Of a DNA stretch of 38,867 nt, positions 26,283-34,176 are shown one piece after another; the first letter of the stretch is position 1; the number at the start of each line of letters is the position of its first letter. The stretch is taken from the NCBI GenBank assembly GCA_964498865.1, contig CAZCJN010000004.1, positions 1-38,867 of the forward strand. Reading direction: 5' to 3'. The notes under the pieces are model-generated. The model searched no databases and had not been told where the DNA came from. It saw only the letters and a program-made list of their open reading frames with translations. This stretch comes from an uncultured Bacteroidia bacterium (lineage in GTDB: Bacteria > Bacteroidota > Bacteroidia > Palsa-948). Made by a program: the position numbers and the translations under genes.

Positions 26283-27236
26283 ATGAAAAAAAGAATTTTT
26301 TCTATTGGCATTTTAGTTTGGTTGCTTTTGCTAGGTGGAGCGCACTTATCTGCTCAACAATTACCCGTGTTTTCGCAGTATATGTTAAATGATTATTTTC
26401 ATAACCCTGCTATTGCCGGTACCAGACCCTGCTTTGATGCTGTTTCTGCTAATAGATTACAATGGACGGGTATTACTGATGCACCACGCTCTTATGTTTT
26501 AAGTTTACATGGTCCAATTAAATCATTAAACATGGGGGTGGGTGGTTATTTGTTCTCAGATATTACAGGGCCTACACGCAGAGCAGGATTTAGCGGTACC
26601 TATGCCTATCATATAAAAGTGCAGGAGAAAATAAATGTATCGTTATCACTTTCTGCGGGGATGGTGCAGTTTGCAGTGGACATATCAAAACTTACTTTGG
26701 ATAATCCGACCGACTATGTATTCGCAAGTTCTTATACTTCTAAAATTGTTCCGGATATTGGAACTTCCTTTTTAGTTTATGATTTTTCTCATGAAGATGG
26801 CAATGGAAATTGGTGGGTGGGTGGTTATGCACCACAACTTTTTCCAGTTAAATTAAATTTATTCTATAACCCTCAACCAACGGGAAGATTGGTTCCCCAT
26901 TTTTATGGAATGGGCGGCTACAAGCTGTTTATTACAAACGATTTTTTTGCTGAGCCCAATTTCCTTGTAAAATTTGTTAGTCCTGCGCCATTTCAAATCG
27001 ATATTGGAGGAAGGGTGATTTATAAGAACAAGGCATGGCTTGGACTAACCTACCGTACAAAAGATGCTATGAGTGTAATAGGAGGCTATACTTATAAAGA
27101 GAATATAACGTTTGGATATTCGTATGATATAACTACTACCAACCTTAAAACGTATAGCAATGGAACGCATGAACTAGTAGTTGGTTTTCGTTTTAAAACA
27201 ACTACATCTCCCAGTCCGATAAATAAAGAGGAATAG
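26283..27236 (+). CDS. PorP/SprF family type IX secretion system membrane protein
   Basis: A signal peptide is followed by the hallmark QQLPVFSQYMLNDYFHNPAIAG. The protein is ~317 aa with a beta-barrel-like C-terminus (HELVVGFRF). It lies directly downstream of a type B CTD gene. Confidence 0.9.
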   Translation: MKKRIFSIGILVWLLLLGGAHLSAQQLPVFSQYMLNDYFHNPAIAGTRPCFDAVSANRLQWTGITDAPRSYVLSLHGPIKSLNMGVGGYLFSDITGPTRRAGFSGTYAYHIKVQEKINVSLSLSAGMVQFAVDISKLTLDNPTDYVFASSYTSKIVPDIGTSFLVYDFSHEDGNGNWWVGGYAPQLFPVKLNLFYNPQPTGRLVPHFYGMGGYKLFITNDFFAEPNFLVKFVSPAPFQIDIGGRVIYKNKAWLGLTYRTKDAMSVIGGYTYKENITFGYSYDITTTNLKTYSNGTHELVVGFRFKTTTSPSPINKEE

Positions 27237-27935
27237 TTATTTACTTACAATTATTTTTCTAGTCGCATACCCTTCTTGAGTATTTACTCTTACAAAATAA
27301 ATTCCCTCATTAAATGATGTTAAATCAATTTTAAAAGAATTAGCGGAACATATTGAATGCATTACTTCTTTCCCCAACGTATTATAGAGAGAAATACTAG
27401 CGCCTTTTAAATTAATGTTATCACCTTGTATGTTCAAGTATTCAGAAGCCGGATTTGGGAACATTGAAAAACGTAAAGACGTATTTAGTTCATTTATTCC
27501 TGTTATGCTGTTTACTGTCCAAATAATAGTTTCACCATTGCTGGGATATTTTATGTCGTATACATAAACTTTTAATACAGCACTGCCTACAGAATGTGGA
27601 AGTATGTGAAACCATAGATAGGCGTTGAATGATGATTCAATAGGATACATGGTGTATTCGGCACTATCTAAAAACATATCGCGGCAAGTAGCATAATCAC
27701 ACATTGAATAATCCCATCCGGAAGGAATATTTCTTTCAAGTACTTTCCATTTTAAACGTATAGAATCACCGGTAATATTTTTAAAATCAACCTGAGATAC
27801 AGTTTGGTCAATGATGTTGTCGCTTATTGGAGCAGATAGAGTAAAATTATTGCCAGGAAGTGGTGTAAAGGTTTGTGCAAAACCAATATGTATAAATAAA
27901 ACGAAAATAAAAAGTGCAAGTAATGTTGTTTTCAT
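27237..27935 (-). CDS. Secreted protein of unknown function with a T9SS type A C-terminal sorting domain
   Basis: ATG at 27935 gives MKTTLLALFIFVLFIHIGFAQ; the listed start at 27950 is a TTG. The C-terminus FSMFPNPASEYLNIQ ... GIYFVRVNT ... KIIVSK is a type A CTD. I do not recognise the ~130-aa N-terminal domain (GWDYSMCDYATC). Confidence 0.75.
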   Translation of the reverse strand: MKTTLLALFIFVLFIHIGFAQTFTPLPGNNFTLSAPISDNIIDQTVSQVDFKNITGDSIRLKWKVLERNIPSGWDYSMCDYATCRDMFLDSAEYTMYPIESSFNAYLWFHILPHSVGSAVLKVYVYDIKYPSNGETIIWTVNSITGINELNTSLRFSMFPNPASEYLNIQGDNINLKGASISLYNTLGKEVMHSICSANSFKIDLTSFNEGIYFVRVNTQEGYATRKIIVSK

Positions 27936-28029
27936 ATAATTACAGAACAAGTATGCAAGTATTCTTTAAGCGTGTTTTTACATTTTAAGGCATATTTTTT
28001 GTGATATAACAATGTAATTGAAAATAAGC

Positions 28030-30054
28030 TTAATAACTCAATAATACCTTGAGTTTTTCTTCAAACCTTTTTTTAGGAAGAAAATTTTGTTCTAGAGTTT
28101 CTGTAAAGGGTATAGGGGTATCTAACGAGCCTTCTCTCATAACAGGAGCATCTAAATATTCGAAACAGTTTTCAGAGATAAGGGCAGCTATTTCTCCCCC
28201 AATTCCTCCTGTAAATGTGTCTTCGTGAAGGATAAGTACTTTTCCTGTTTTTGTTACAGAATTGAAAATTGTTTCCTTATCCAAAGGAACTAAGCTTCGT
28301 AAATCAATCAATTCAATGTTGTCGAGTTTATTGCGATTAATAACTTCCAATGCCCAATGCACACCCATTCCATATGTAATTACTGTGGCTTTAGATGAAT
28401 GTTTTTCGACATCAAGAATTTCTTTGATCACTTTAGCCTTTCCAATGGGAATAGTATAGTAATCATCAGGAACCCGTTCTGTAATGCTTCTGTAAAGGGC
28501 CTTATGTTCAAAAAACATGACAGGGTTAGGGTCTTCAAAGGAAGAGAGGAGTAGGCCTTTTGCATCAATAGGGAAAGCAGGATATACGATTTTCAATCCG
28601 GGTATATGAAAGAACCAAGCTTCATTAGATTGTGAATGGAAAGGGCCTGCTGCTACACCTGCTCCGGTCGGCATCCTTACTACCACATCGGCATTTTGTC
28701 CCCATCTCCATTGCGCTTTAGCTATGTTATTACATATTTGAGTTATTCCTTCCGATACAAAATCAGCAAACTGCATTTCAACCATTGATTTCATGCCATT
28801 AATACTTAAACCTAATGCCGTACCTAGAATAGCGCTTTCGCAAAGAGGTGTGTTGCGAACACGCTCCTTGCCAAATTCTTTTACAAAACCTTCCGTTATC
28901 TTAAATACACCCCCATATTCTGCTATGTCTTGACCCATTAGAACAAGATTAGTATGTTTTTTCATAGCTAAACGTAGTCCATCTGAAATAGAATCGATCA
29001 ATCTTTTTTCAGAAGTGGGCGAGTTATTATTTATTTCGGCAGTAGCATAAGTAGCTGGGGCGTAAACGTCATTTATTTCCTCTTGGGTATCAGGCTGAAC
29101 CTCCTTTTCGTCAAATGCAATTTCAATCCCCACTTCAATTTCTTTTTTTATTTCTTCACGGTAAGTGGTAATAATAGATTCAGTAAGTATAGATTCTTCT
29201 AATAAAAAATCTTCATAGTTATGAATAGGGTCCTTTTTCCTCCACTCATCAAAGATTTTAGGATCAATGTATTTTGTGCCGGAGGCTTCTTCATGGCCCC
29301 TCATTCGAAAAGTAATGCATTCAAGCAAAACGGGCCTTGGATTTTTACGAATAGATTCAGCGAGTTGCTTTACCGTATCATATACTTCCAAAACATTATT
29401 TCCATCTATTTGTATTGCCTCAATTCCATAACCAATAGCTTTATCTATGAATTGCTTGCATTTGAATTGTTCTGAAGAAGGTGTAGATAATCCATAGCCA
29501 TTATTTTCAATGGCAAAGATTACAGGAAGATTCCAAACAGCAGCAACGTTTATGCTTTCATGAAAATCGCCTTCAGAAGTTCCGCCGTCACCTGTATAAA
29601 CCAACGTAACTTTATTTTCTTTTTTAAGAAGATGGCTTAATGCAATACCATCCGCTAATCCCATTTGCGGACCTAGATGCGAGATCATCCCTATTATCTT
29701 ATAATCTTGTGTGCCAAAATGGAAGCTACGATCCCTGCCTTTTGTAAACCCTGATTTTTTTCCTTGAAACTGTGCGAATAATTTTTCCAATGGAATACCC
29801 CGTACAGTAAATGTTCCTAAATTACGATGCATAGGAAGAATATACTCTTCCTTATTTAAAGCCATAGCGGCCCCTACAGAACTGGCCTCTTGTCCTATCC
29901 CTGAAAACCATTTAGAAATTCTACCTTGCCTTAACAGAACCAGCATCTTCTCTTCAATCATTCTTGGTTTAATTAGTTGCTTGTAGAGTGAAAGTAAAAC
30001 ATCTTTAGAATAATTCTTTTTCTTGAAAATAATGGGAGATTCTACTGTAATCAT
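28030..30054 (-). CDS. Fused alpha/beta E1 component of a 2-oxoacid (branched-chain/pyruvate type) dehydrogenase, TPP-dependent
   Basis: The alpha part carries the TPP motif GDGGTSEGDFHESINVAAVWNLPVIFAIENNGYG. The beta part has a transketolase-like pyrimidine-binding domain (RVRNTPLCESAILG). Confidence 0.88.
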   Translation of the reverse strand: MITVESPIIFKKKNYSKDVLLSLYKQLIKPRMIEEKMLVLLRQGRISKWFSGIGQEASSVGAAMALNKEEYILPMHRNLGTFTVRGIPLEKLFAQFQGKKSGFTKGRDRSFHFGTQDYKIIGMISHLGPQMGLADGIALSHLLKKENKVTLVYTGDGGTSEGDFHESINVAAVWNLPVIFAIENNGYGLSTPSSEQFKCKQFIDKAIGYGIEAIQIDGNNVLEVYDTVKQLAESIRKNPRPVLLECITFRMRGHEEASGTKYIDPKIFDEWRKKDPIHNYEDFLLEESILTESIITTYREEIKKEIEVGIEIAFDEKEVQPDTQEEINDVYAPATYATAEINNNSPTSEKRLIDSISDGLRLAMKKHTNLVLMGQDIAEYGGVFKITEGFVKEFGKERVRNTPLCESAILGTALGLSINGMKSMVEMQFADFVSEGITQICNNIAKAQWRWGQNADVVVRMPTGAGVAAGPFHSQSNEAWFFHIPGLKIVYPAFPIDAKGLLLSSFEDPNPVMFFEHKALYRSITERVPDDYYTIPIGKAKVIKEILDVEKHSSKATVITYGMGVHWALEVINRNKLDNIELIDLRSLVPLDKETIFNSVTKTGKVLILHEDTFTGGIGGEIAALISENCFEYLDAPVMREGSLDTPIPFTETLEQNFLPKKRFEEKLKVLLSY

Positions 30055-30102
30055 AATTATAATATACCTTAAATACGGTAGTTAAATGGTAGCTAAAGTT
30101 AG

Positions 30103-30110
30103 TAAGTTTG
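30103..30110 (+). promoter_or_regulatory. Putative -7 promoter box TAAGTTTG for the 41-aa small ORF
   Basis: This is an exact match, 9 nt upstream of ATG 30120. Confidence 0.45.
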
Positions 30111-30119
30111 TTTTATCAG

Positions 30120-30245
30120 ATGGTGCAACAAATAATAACATACCTCATTGTTTTCTTGGCGTCTTTTTACCTGGTCTACAACGTGTATGCAGCGCTTTTT
30201 AAGAAGGAAAGTAAAAAGGGTTGTGAAAAATGCCCTGCTAAGTAA
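30120..30245 (+). CDS. Small ORF not in the supplied track (41 aa): one TM helix plus a basic Cys-containing tail, resembling the FeoB-associated Cys-rich membrane protein family
   Basis: The translation is MVQQIITYLIVFLASFYLVYNVYAALFKKESKKGCEKCPAK. A consensus -7 box TAAGTTTG lies 9 nt upstream, and an inverted repeat plus T8 tract lies downstream. It is too short for the 60-aa ORF track. Confidence 0.45.
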   Translation: MVQQIITYLIVFLASFYLVYNVYAALFKKESKKGCEKCPAK

Positions 30246-30274
30246 TTTTTCATTTAAAGTCACCAAATACAGAG

Positions 30275-30339
30275 ATCCATTTATTCCGTTCTCTGCTTTA
30301 TCATTTTGATTGTCCTAAATGGATATTAATCTTTTTTTT
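30275..30339 (+). terminator. Possible terminator of the small ORF: inverted repeat followed by a T8 tract
   Basis: ATCCATTTA (30275-30283) pairs with TAAATGGAT (30316-30324), and T8 lies at 30332-30339. The 32-nt loop is large for an intrinsic terminator, so confidence is low. Confidence 0.3.
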
Positions 30340-30506
30340 GTATGGGTATAATACCAAACGCTATTTCTAATGTTTTTGTGTAATCAACCCCCACAAATAA
30401 TGATGTACTTAATTATAAAAAAGAGTTTTTTATTGAATACCCCCATTTTTTTTAGCCTATATAACAAAAAAGTTGACTTTTTATTAAACATACCCCCCAT
30501 TTTAAT

Positions 30507-30514
30507 TACATTTG
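30507..30514 (+). promoter_or_regulatory. Putative -7 promoter box TACATTTG for glnN
   Basis: This is an exact match, 43 nt upstream of ATG 30558 and directly downstream of the third C-tract motif. Confidence 0.5.
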
Positions 30515-30557
30515 CCTAATTATTTTCACTTTAAACAATTAAAACCCTAATTCAACA

Positions 30558-32828
30558 ATGGCAATTCAACGATTCAAGGCGCTGGAAGAAGTACTTCGCA
30601 GAACGCCTGTTAAAGTAAAAAATCCCAAAAATACTGTATCTGAATTTTACGGAGAGAATGTCTTTCACAAAGAAGCTATGAAAAAATGGCTTTCGGACGA
30701 AGCATATAAAAGTGTGATGTCTGCTGTTGAGCATGGAACTAAAATCGATCGTAGCATTGCTGATGATGTAGCATCAAGTATGAAAGCCTGGGCAATGAGT
30801 AAGGGAGTAACACATTATACGCACTGGTTTCAACCCCTCACAGGTACTACGGCAGAAAAACACGATGCATTTGCACAAAATATTGAAGACGGAAAAGCCC
30901 TTGAACGTTTTGATGGTGATCAATTAGTACAACAAGAACCGGATGCTTCTTCATTTCCTAGCGGAGGAATACGCAGCACTTTTGAAGCACGTGGATATAC
31001 AGCTTGGGATCCTACTTCGCCTGCTTTTATCATTGGCGAAACTTTATGTATTCCAACTATCTATGTTTCATATACGGGGGAAGCATTAGATTACAAAACT
31101 CCTTTACTAAAAGCCATTAACGCTCTTGATAAAGCGGCAACCGATGTCTGCCAGTATTTCGATAAAAATGTAATTAAGGTAAATTCTACTTTAGGTTGGG
31201 AACAAGAATATTTTCTTATTGACTCTGCATTTTACAATGCACGCCCTGATATTGCTTTTACAGGCAGGGCTTTGTTTGGTCACGCAGGCGCAAAGGGCCA
31301 ACAACTAGAAGACCATTATTTTGGCTCAATACCGGATAGAGTTTTAGCGTTTATTCGTGATTTAGAAATTGAATGTTTCCTTTTAGGAATACCTGTTAAA
31401 ACAAGACATAACGAAGTTGCACCCAATCAATTTGAGTGTGCTCCTGTTTTTGAAGAGGCCAACTTAGCCGTTGATCATAATTTATTACTAATGGATGTAA
31501 TGGAAAAAGTTTCCCGCAGACATAACTTCCGTGTTCTTTTACATGAAAAGCCTTTTGCCGGAATAAATGGCAGTGGTAAACATAATAATTGGAGTATGGC
31601 TACTAATACCGGAAAAAATTTACTATCTCCCGGTAAAACACCTAAAACAAATCTTCAGTTTCTTACTTTCTTCATTAATACTATTAAAGCAGTTCATGAT
31701 AATGCTGATTTATTAAGAGCATGCATTGCATCAGCAGGCAATGACCACCGTTTGGGCGCTAACGAAGCACCTCCTGCTATTGTTTCCATCTTCATTGGCA
31801 CGCAACTTACAAAGGTGCTAGAAGATATAGAGAAAAAAGTGAAAACAGGAAAAATGACTCCTGAAGAAAAAACGGCTCTTAAGTTAGGAATAGGAAAAAT
31901 CCCAGAAATACTTTTAGATAATACCGATAGAAATAGAACATCACCTTTTGCATTTACGGGAAATAAATTTGAGTTTCGTGCTGTGGGTTCATCAGCAAAC
32001 TGTGCTGGACCCATTACTGTTCTAAATACCATAATGGCTAATCAACTAATTCAATTTAAGCATGAGATTGATGCACAGCTCAAGAAAGGTGTAGATAAAG
32101 ACGAGGCTATCTTTAAAATATTACGCGAATACATCACAGCGTCTAAAAAAATTCTTTTTGAAGGAAACGGATACAGCGAAGAGTGGGTGAAAGAAGCTAA
32201 GAAAAGAGGGTTGTCTAATATCAAAACTACTCCTGAAGCACTAAAAGTATTTGCAAGAAAAGAAGTAGTAAAACTTTTTGAGCAAAATAATATCATGAGT
32301 GAACGTGAGCAACATGCGCGTTATGAAATTCAACTTGAAACATACACTAAAAAAATTCAAATTGAATCGAGAATTTTAGGTGAGATATCATTGGAATCTA
32401 TTATTCCTTCTGCACTTAAATATCAAAATTTGCTTATTGAAAATATTAAAGGCTTGAAAGAAGTAGAACAACTTATTTCTACAAGTACAGTGACTAAGAG
32501 TAAAAAAGCGGTCGTTGCAGGTGGTTATGACGATGAGGCTACAAAAGTATCCGGAGATAGTTTTGCTTCAATGGTAACTGTTCAAACCGAAACATTACAA
32601 AAACTCTCTAACTATATCTCTAATATACGTGCGAATGTTTATAAAATGATAGAAGCTCGTAAGAAAGCAAACAACATGCAAGATGCTCAAGAGATGGCTA
32701 ATGCGTATTGTGAAAATGTAAAACCATATCTGGATGAAATTCGCAAACAAGCCGATAAATTAGAATTTATCATGGATGATGAATTATGGACATTGCCTAA
32801 GTACAGAGAAATGTTATTTACCAGATAA
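30558..32828 (+). CDS. glnN: Glutamine synthetase type III
   Basis: It is ~750 aa. The GSIII N-terminus is present (FYGENVF....M...L....Y......G..ID...AD.VA..MK.WA...G.THYTHWFQP) along with the catalytic core (NEVAPNQFE, HEKPFAGINGSGKHNNWS). Confidence 0.92.
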   Translation: MAIQRFKALEEVLRRTPVKVKNPKNTVSEFYGENVFHKEAMKKWLSDEAYKSVMSAVEHGTKIDRSIADDVASSMKAWAMSKGVTHYTHWFQPLTGTTAEKHDAFAQNIEDGKALERFDGDQLVQQEPDASSFPSGGIRSTFEARGYTAWDPTSPAFIIGETLCIPTIYVSYTGEALDYKTPLLKAINALDKAATDVCQYFDKNVIKVNSTLGWEQEYFLIDSAFYNARPDIAFTGRALFGHAGAKGQQLEDHYFGSIPDRVLAFIRDLEIECFLLGIPVKTRHNEVAPNQFECAPVFEEANLAVDHNLLLMDVMEKVSRRHNFRVLLHEKPFAGINGSGKHNNWSMATNTGKNLLSPGKTPKTNLQFLTFFINTIKAVHDNADLLRACIASAGNDHRLGANEAPPAIVSIFIGTQLTKVLEDIEKKVKTGKMTPEEKTALKLGIGKIPEILLDNTDRNRTSPFAFTGNKFEFRAVGSSANCAGPITVLNTIMANQLIQFKHEIDAQLKKGVDKDEAIFKILREYITASKKILFEGNGYSEEWVKEAKKRGLSNIKTTPEALKVFARKEVVKLFEQNNIMSEREQHARYEIQLETYTKKIQIESRILGEISLESIIPSALKYQNLLIENIKGLKEVEQLISTSTVTKSKKAVVAGGYDDEATKVSGDSFASMVTVQTETLQKLSNYISNIRANVYKMIEARKKANNMQDAQEMANAYCENVKPYLDEIRKQADKLEFIMDDELWTLPKYREMLFTR

Positions 32829-32847
32829 AATTTAGATAAGTTCAAAT

Positions 32848-32878
32848 AAAAAAGAGCGACAATTTGCCGCTCTTTTTT
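32848..32878 (+). terminator. Intrinsic terminator of glnN
   Basis: AAAAAAGAGCG (32848-32858) pairs with CGCTCTTTTTT (32868-32878) around a 9-nt loop. The T-run is part of the 3' arm. Confidence 0.75.
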
Positions 32879-32916
32879 ATTGCATCTCCAATTCATTTAG
32901 AATACTGCTCAATTTG

Positions 32917-32924
32917 TACATTCG
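32917..32924 (+). promoter_or_regulatory. Putative -7 promoter box TACATTCG for fahA and the MBL hydrolase gene
   Basis: The box lies 14 nt upstream of ATG 32939 and downstream of the glnN terminator. Confidence 0.5.
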
Positions 32925-32938
32925 CAAAAAATAAAATT

Positions 32939-34165
32939 ATGAAATCTTGGATTGAAGTAAAAAAAGATTCTGACTTCCCGATTCAAAACCTCCCTTTTGG
33001 AATTTTTAAAACTAAACAGCACTCATCTCGCGTAGGAGTAGCTATAGGGGAATATGTGGTTGATCTGGCAGAATTATTTTCTTTAGGAATATTGAAAGAA
33101 GGAAATGCATCCGTTTATGAAAATAAAACCTTAAATAGTTTTATTGCGTTAGGCAAGCCTGTTACTAAAGGAATCCGTAAAAGAATTTATGACCTTTTGG
33201 AAGAAAAAAATAGTGAGCTAAGAGATAATGCTGATGCAAAAGCAAAGACGTTATATAAAATGAGCGAGGTAGAAATGTTATTACCCGTTGAGATTGGTGA
33301 TTACACCGATTTTTATTCGAGCGAACAACATGCTTTTAATGTAGGTTCTATGTTTCGCGATCCAGCTAATGCATTATTGCCTAACTGGAAGCATTTACCG
33401 GTAGGCTATCACGGCAGAGCATCTTCCATAGTGGTATCAGGTACCCATTTCCATCGACCTAAAGGCCAAACAAAACCTGCTGATGCAGATAAACCGGTAT
33501 TTGGAGCTACTAAGCAACTTGATTTTGAGTTGGAAGTAGCTTTCATAGTAGGAAAAGAAACGAAATTGGGCGAGAGCGTCTCAACAAAAAATGCTGAAGA
33601 TCATATTTTCGGGCTAGTACTTTTTAACGACTGGAGTGCCCGGGATATACAGGCATGGGAGTATGTTCCTCTTGGTCCATTCCTTGCAAAAAACTTTTGC
33701 TCCTCTATTTCACCTTGGATAGTAACTTTAGAGGCCTTAGAACCCTTTAGAGTTGCCGGTACAGAACAAAATCCTAAAGTGCTTCCTTATCTTGAATACG
33801 AAGGATTAAAAAACTATAATATTAATTTAGATGTGGTTTTGAATGATACAATTATTTCAAAATCGAATTTTAAATACATGTATTGGAACATGTGCCAGCA
33901 ATTAGCACATCATACTGTAAATGGTTGTAACATTCGCGTGGGGGATATGATGGCTTCCGGAACCATTAGCGGACCTGAGCCGGGCTCTTATGGTTCTATG
34001 TTGGAAATTACCTGGAGAGGAGCTAAGCCGGTGAAATTAAATGATGGTAGCGAAAGAAAATTTATTAATGATAGTGATACACTCATTATTCGTGGTTATG
34101 GTGAGAATAACGGAGTAAGAATTGGTTTTGGTGAAGTAAAAGGAAGGGTATTACCTGCTCTATAA
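32939..34165 (+). CDS. fahA: Fumarylacetoacetase
   Basis: ATG at 32939 gives MKSWIEV..DSDFPIQNLPFGIF, a typical FAH N-terminus. DFELEVAF and NDWSARDIQ.WEY.PLGPF motifs are present. The longer listed ORF would overlap the glnN terminator. Confidence 0.9.
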   Translation: MKSWIEVKKDSDFPIQNLPFGIFKTKQHSSRVGVAIGEYVVDLAELFSLGILKEGNASVYENKTLNSFIALGKPVTKGIRKRIYDLLEEKNSELRDNADAKAKTLYKMSEVEMLLPVEIGDYTDFYSSEQHAFNVGSMFRDPANALLPNWKHLPVGYHGRASSIVVSGTHFHRPKGQTKPADADKPVFGATKQLDFELEVAFIVGKETKLGESVSTKNAEDHIFGLVLFNDWSARDIQAWEYVPLGPFLAKNFCSSISPWIVTLEALEPFRVAGTEQNPKVLPYLEYEGLKNYNINLDVVLNDTIISKSNFKYMYWNMCQQLAHHTVNGCNIRVGDMMASGTISGPEPGSYGSMLEITWRGAKPVKLNDGSERKFINDSDTLIIRGYGENNGVRIGFGEVKGRVLPAL

Positions 34166-34176
34166 TTTTTATAAAA

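Noticed and set aside
28030-30054. The fused E1 alpha/beta dehydrogenase without adjacent E2/E3 genes, considered as a possible novelty.
   Set aside because: As far as I recall, this fused and unlinked arrangement is common in Bacteroidota genomes. Nothing unusual was seen in the sequence.
30386-30505. The possibility that the spaced C-tract repeats upstream of glnN are a mini CRISPR array, a mobile-element end or a glutamine riboswitch.
   Set aside because: There are only two or three short (~13 nt) imperfect copies with AT-rich spacers and no cas genes or transposase. I could not recognise the glnA RNA motif fold. I kept it only as a candidate cis-regulatory element.
30552-30734. A 60-aa minus-strand ORF overlapping the glnN start.
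   Set aside because: It is antisense to a confidently identified CDS. It is Lys/Phe-rich as expected from AT-rich antisense sequence, and it has no promoter box.
16804-32828. The PorE-like protein and glutamine synthetase III are both 756 aa.
   Set aside because: This is a coincidence of length; the sequences are unrelated.
32864-32938. A 25-aa N-terminal extension of the fumarylacetoacetase ORF.
   Set aside because: It would overlap the glnN terminator stem (32848-32878) and the putative promoter box at 32917-32924. The FAH-like sequence begins at MKSWIEV (32939).
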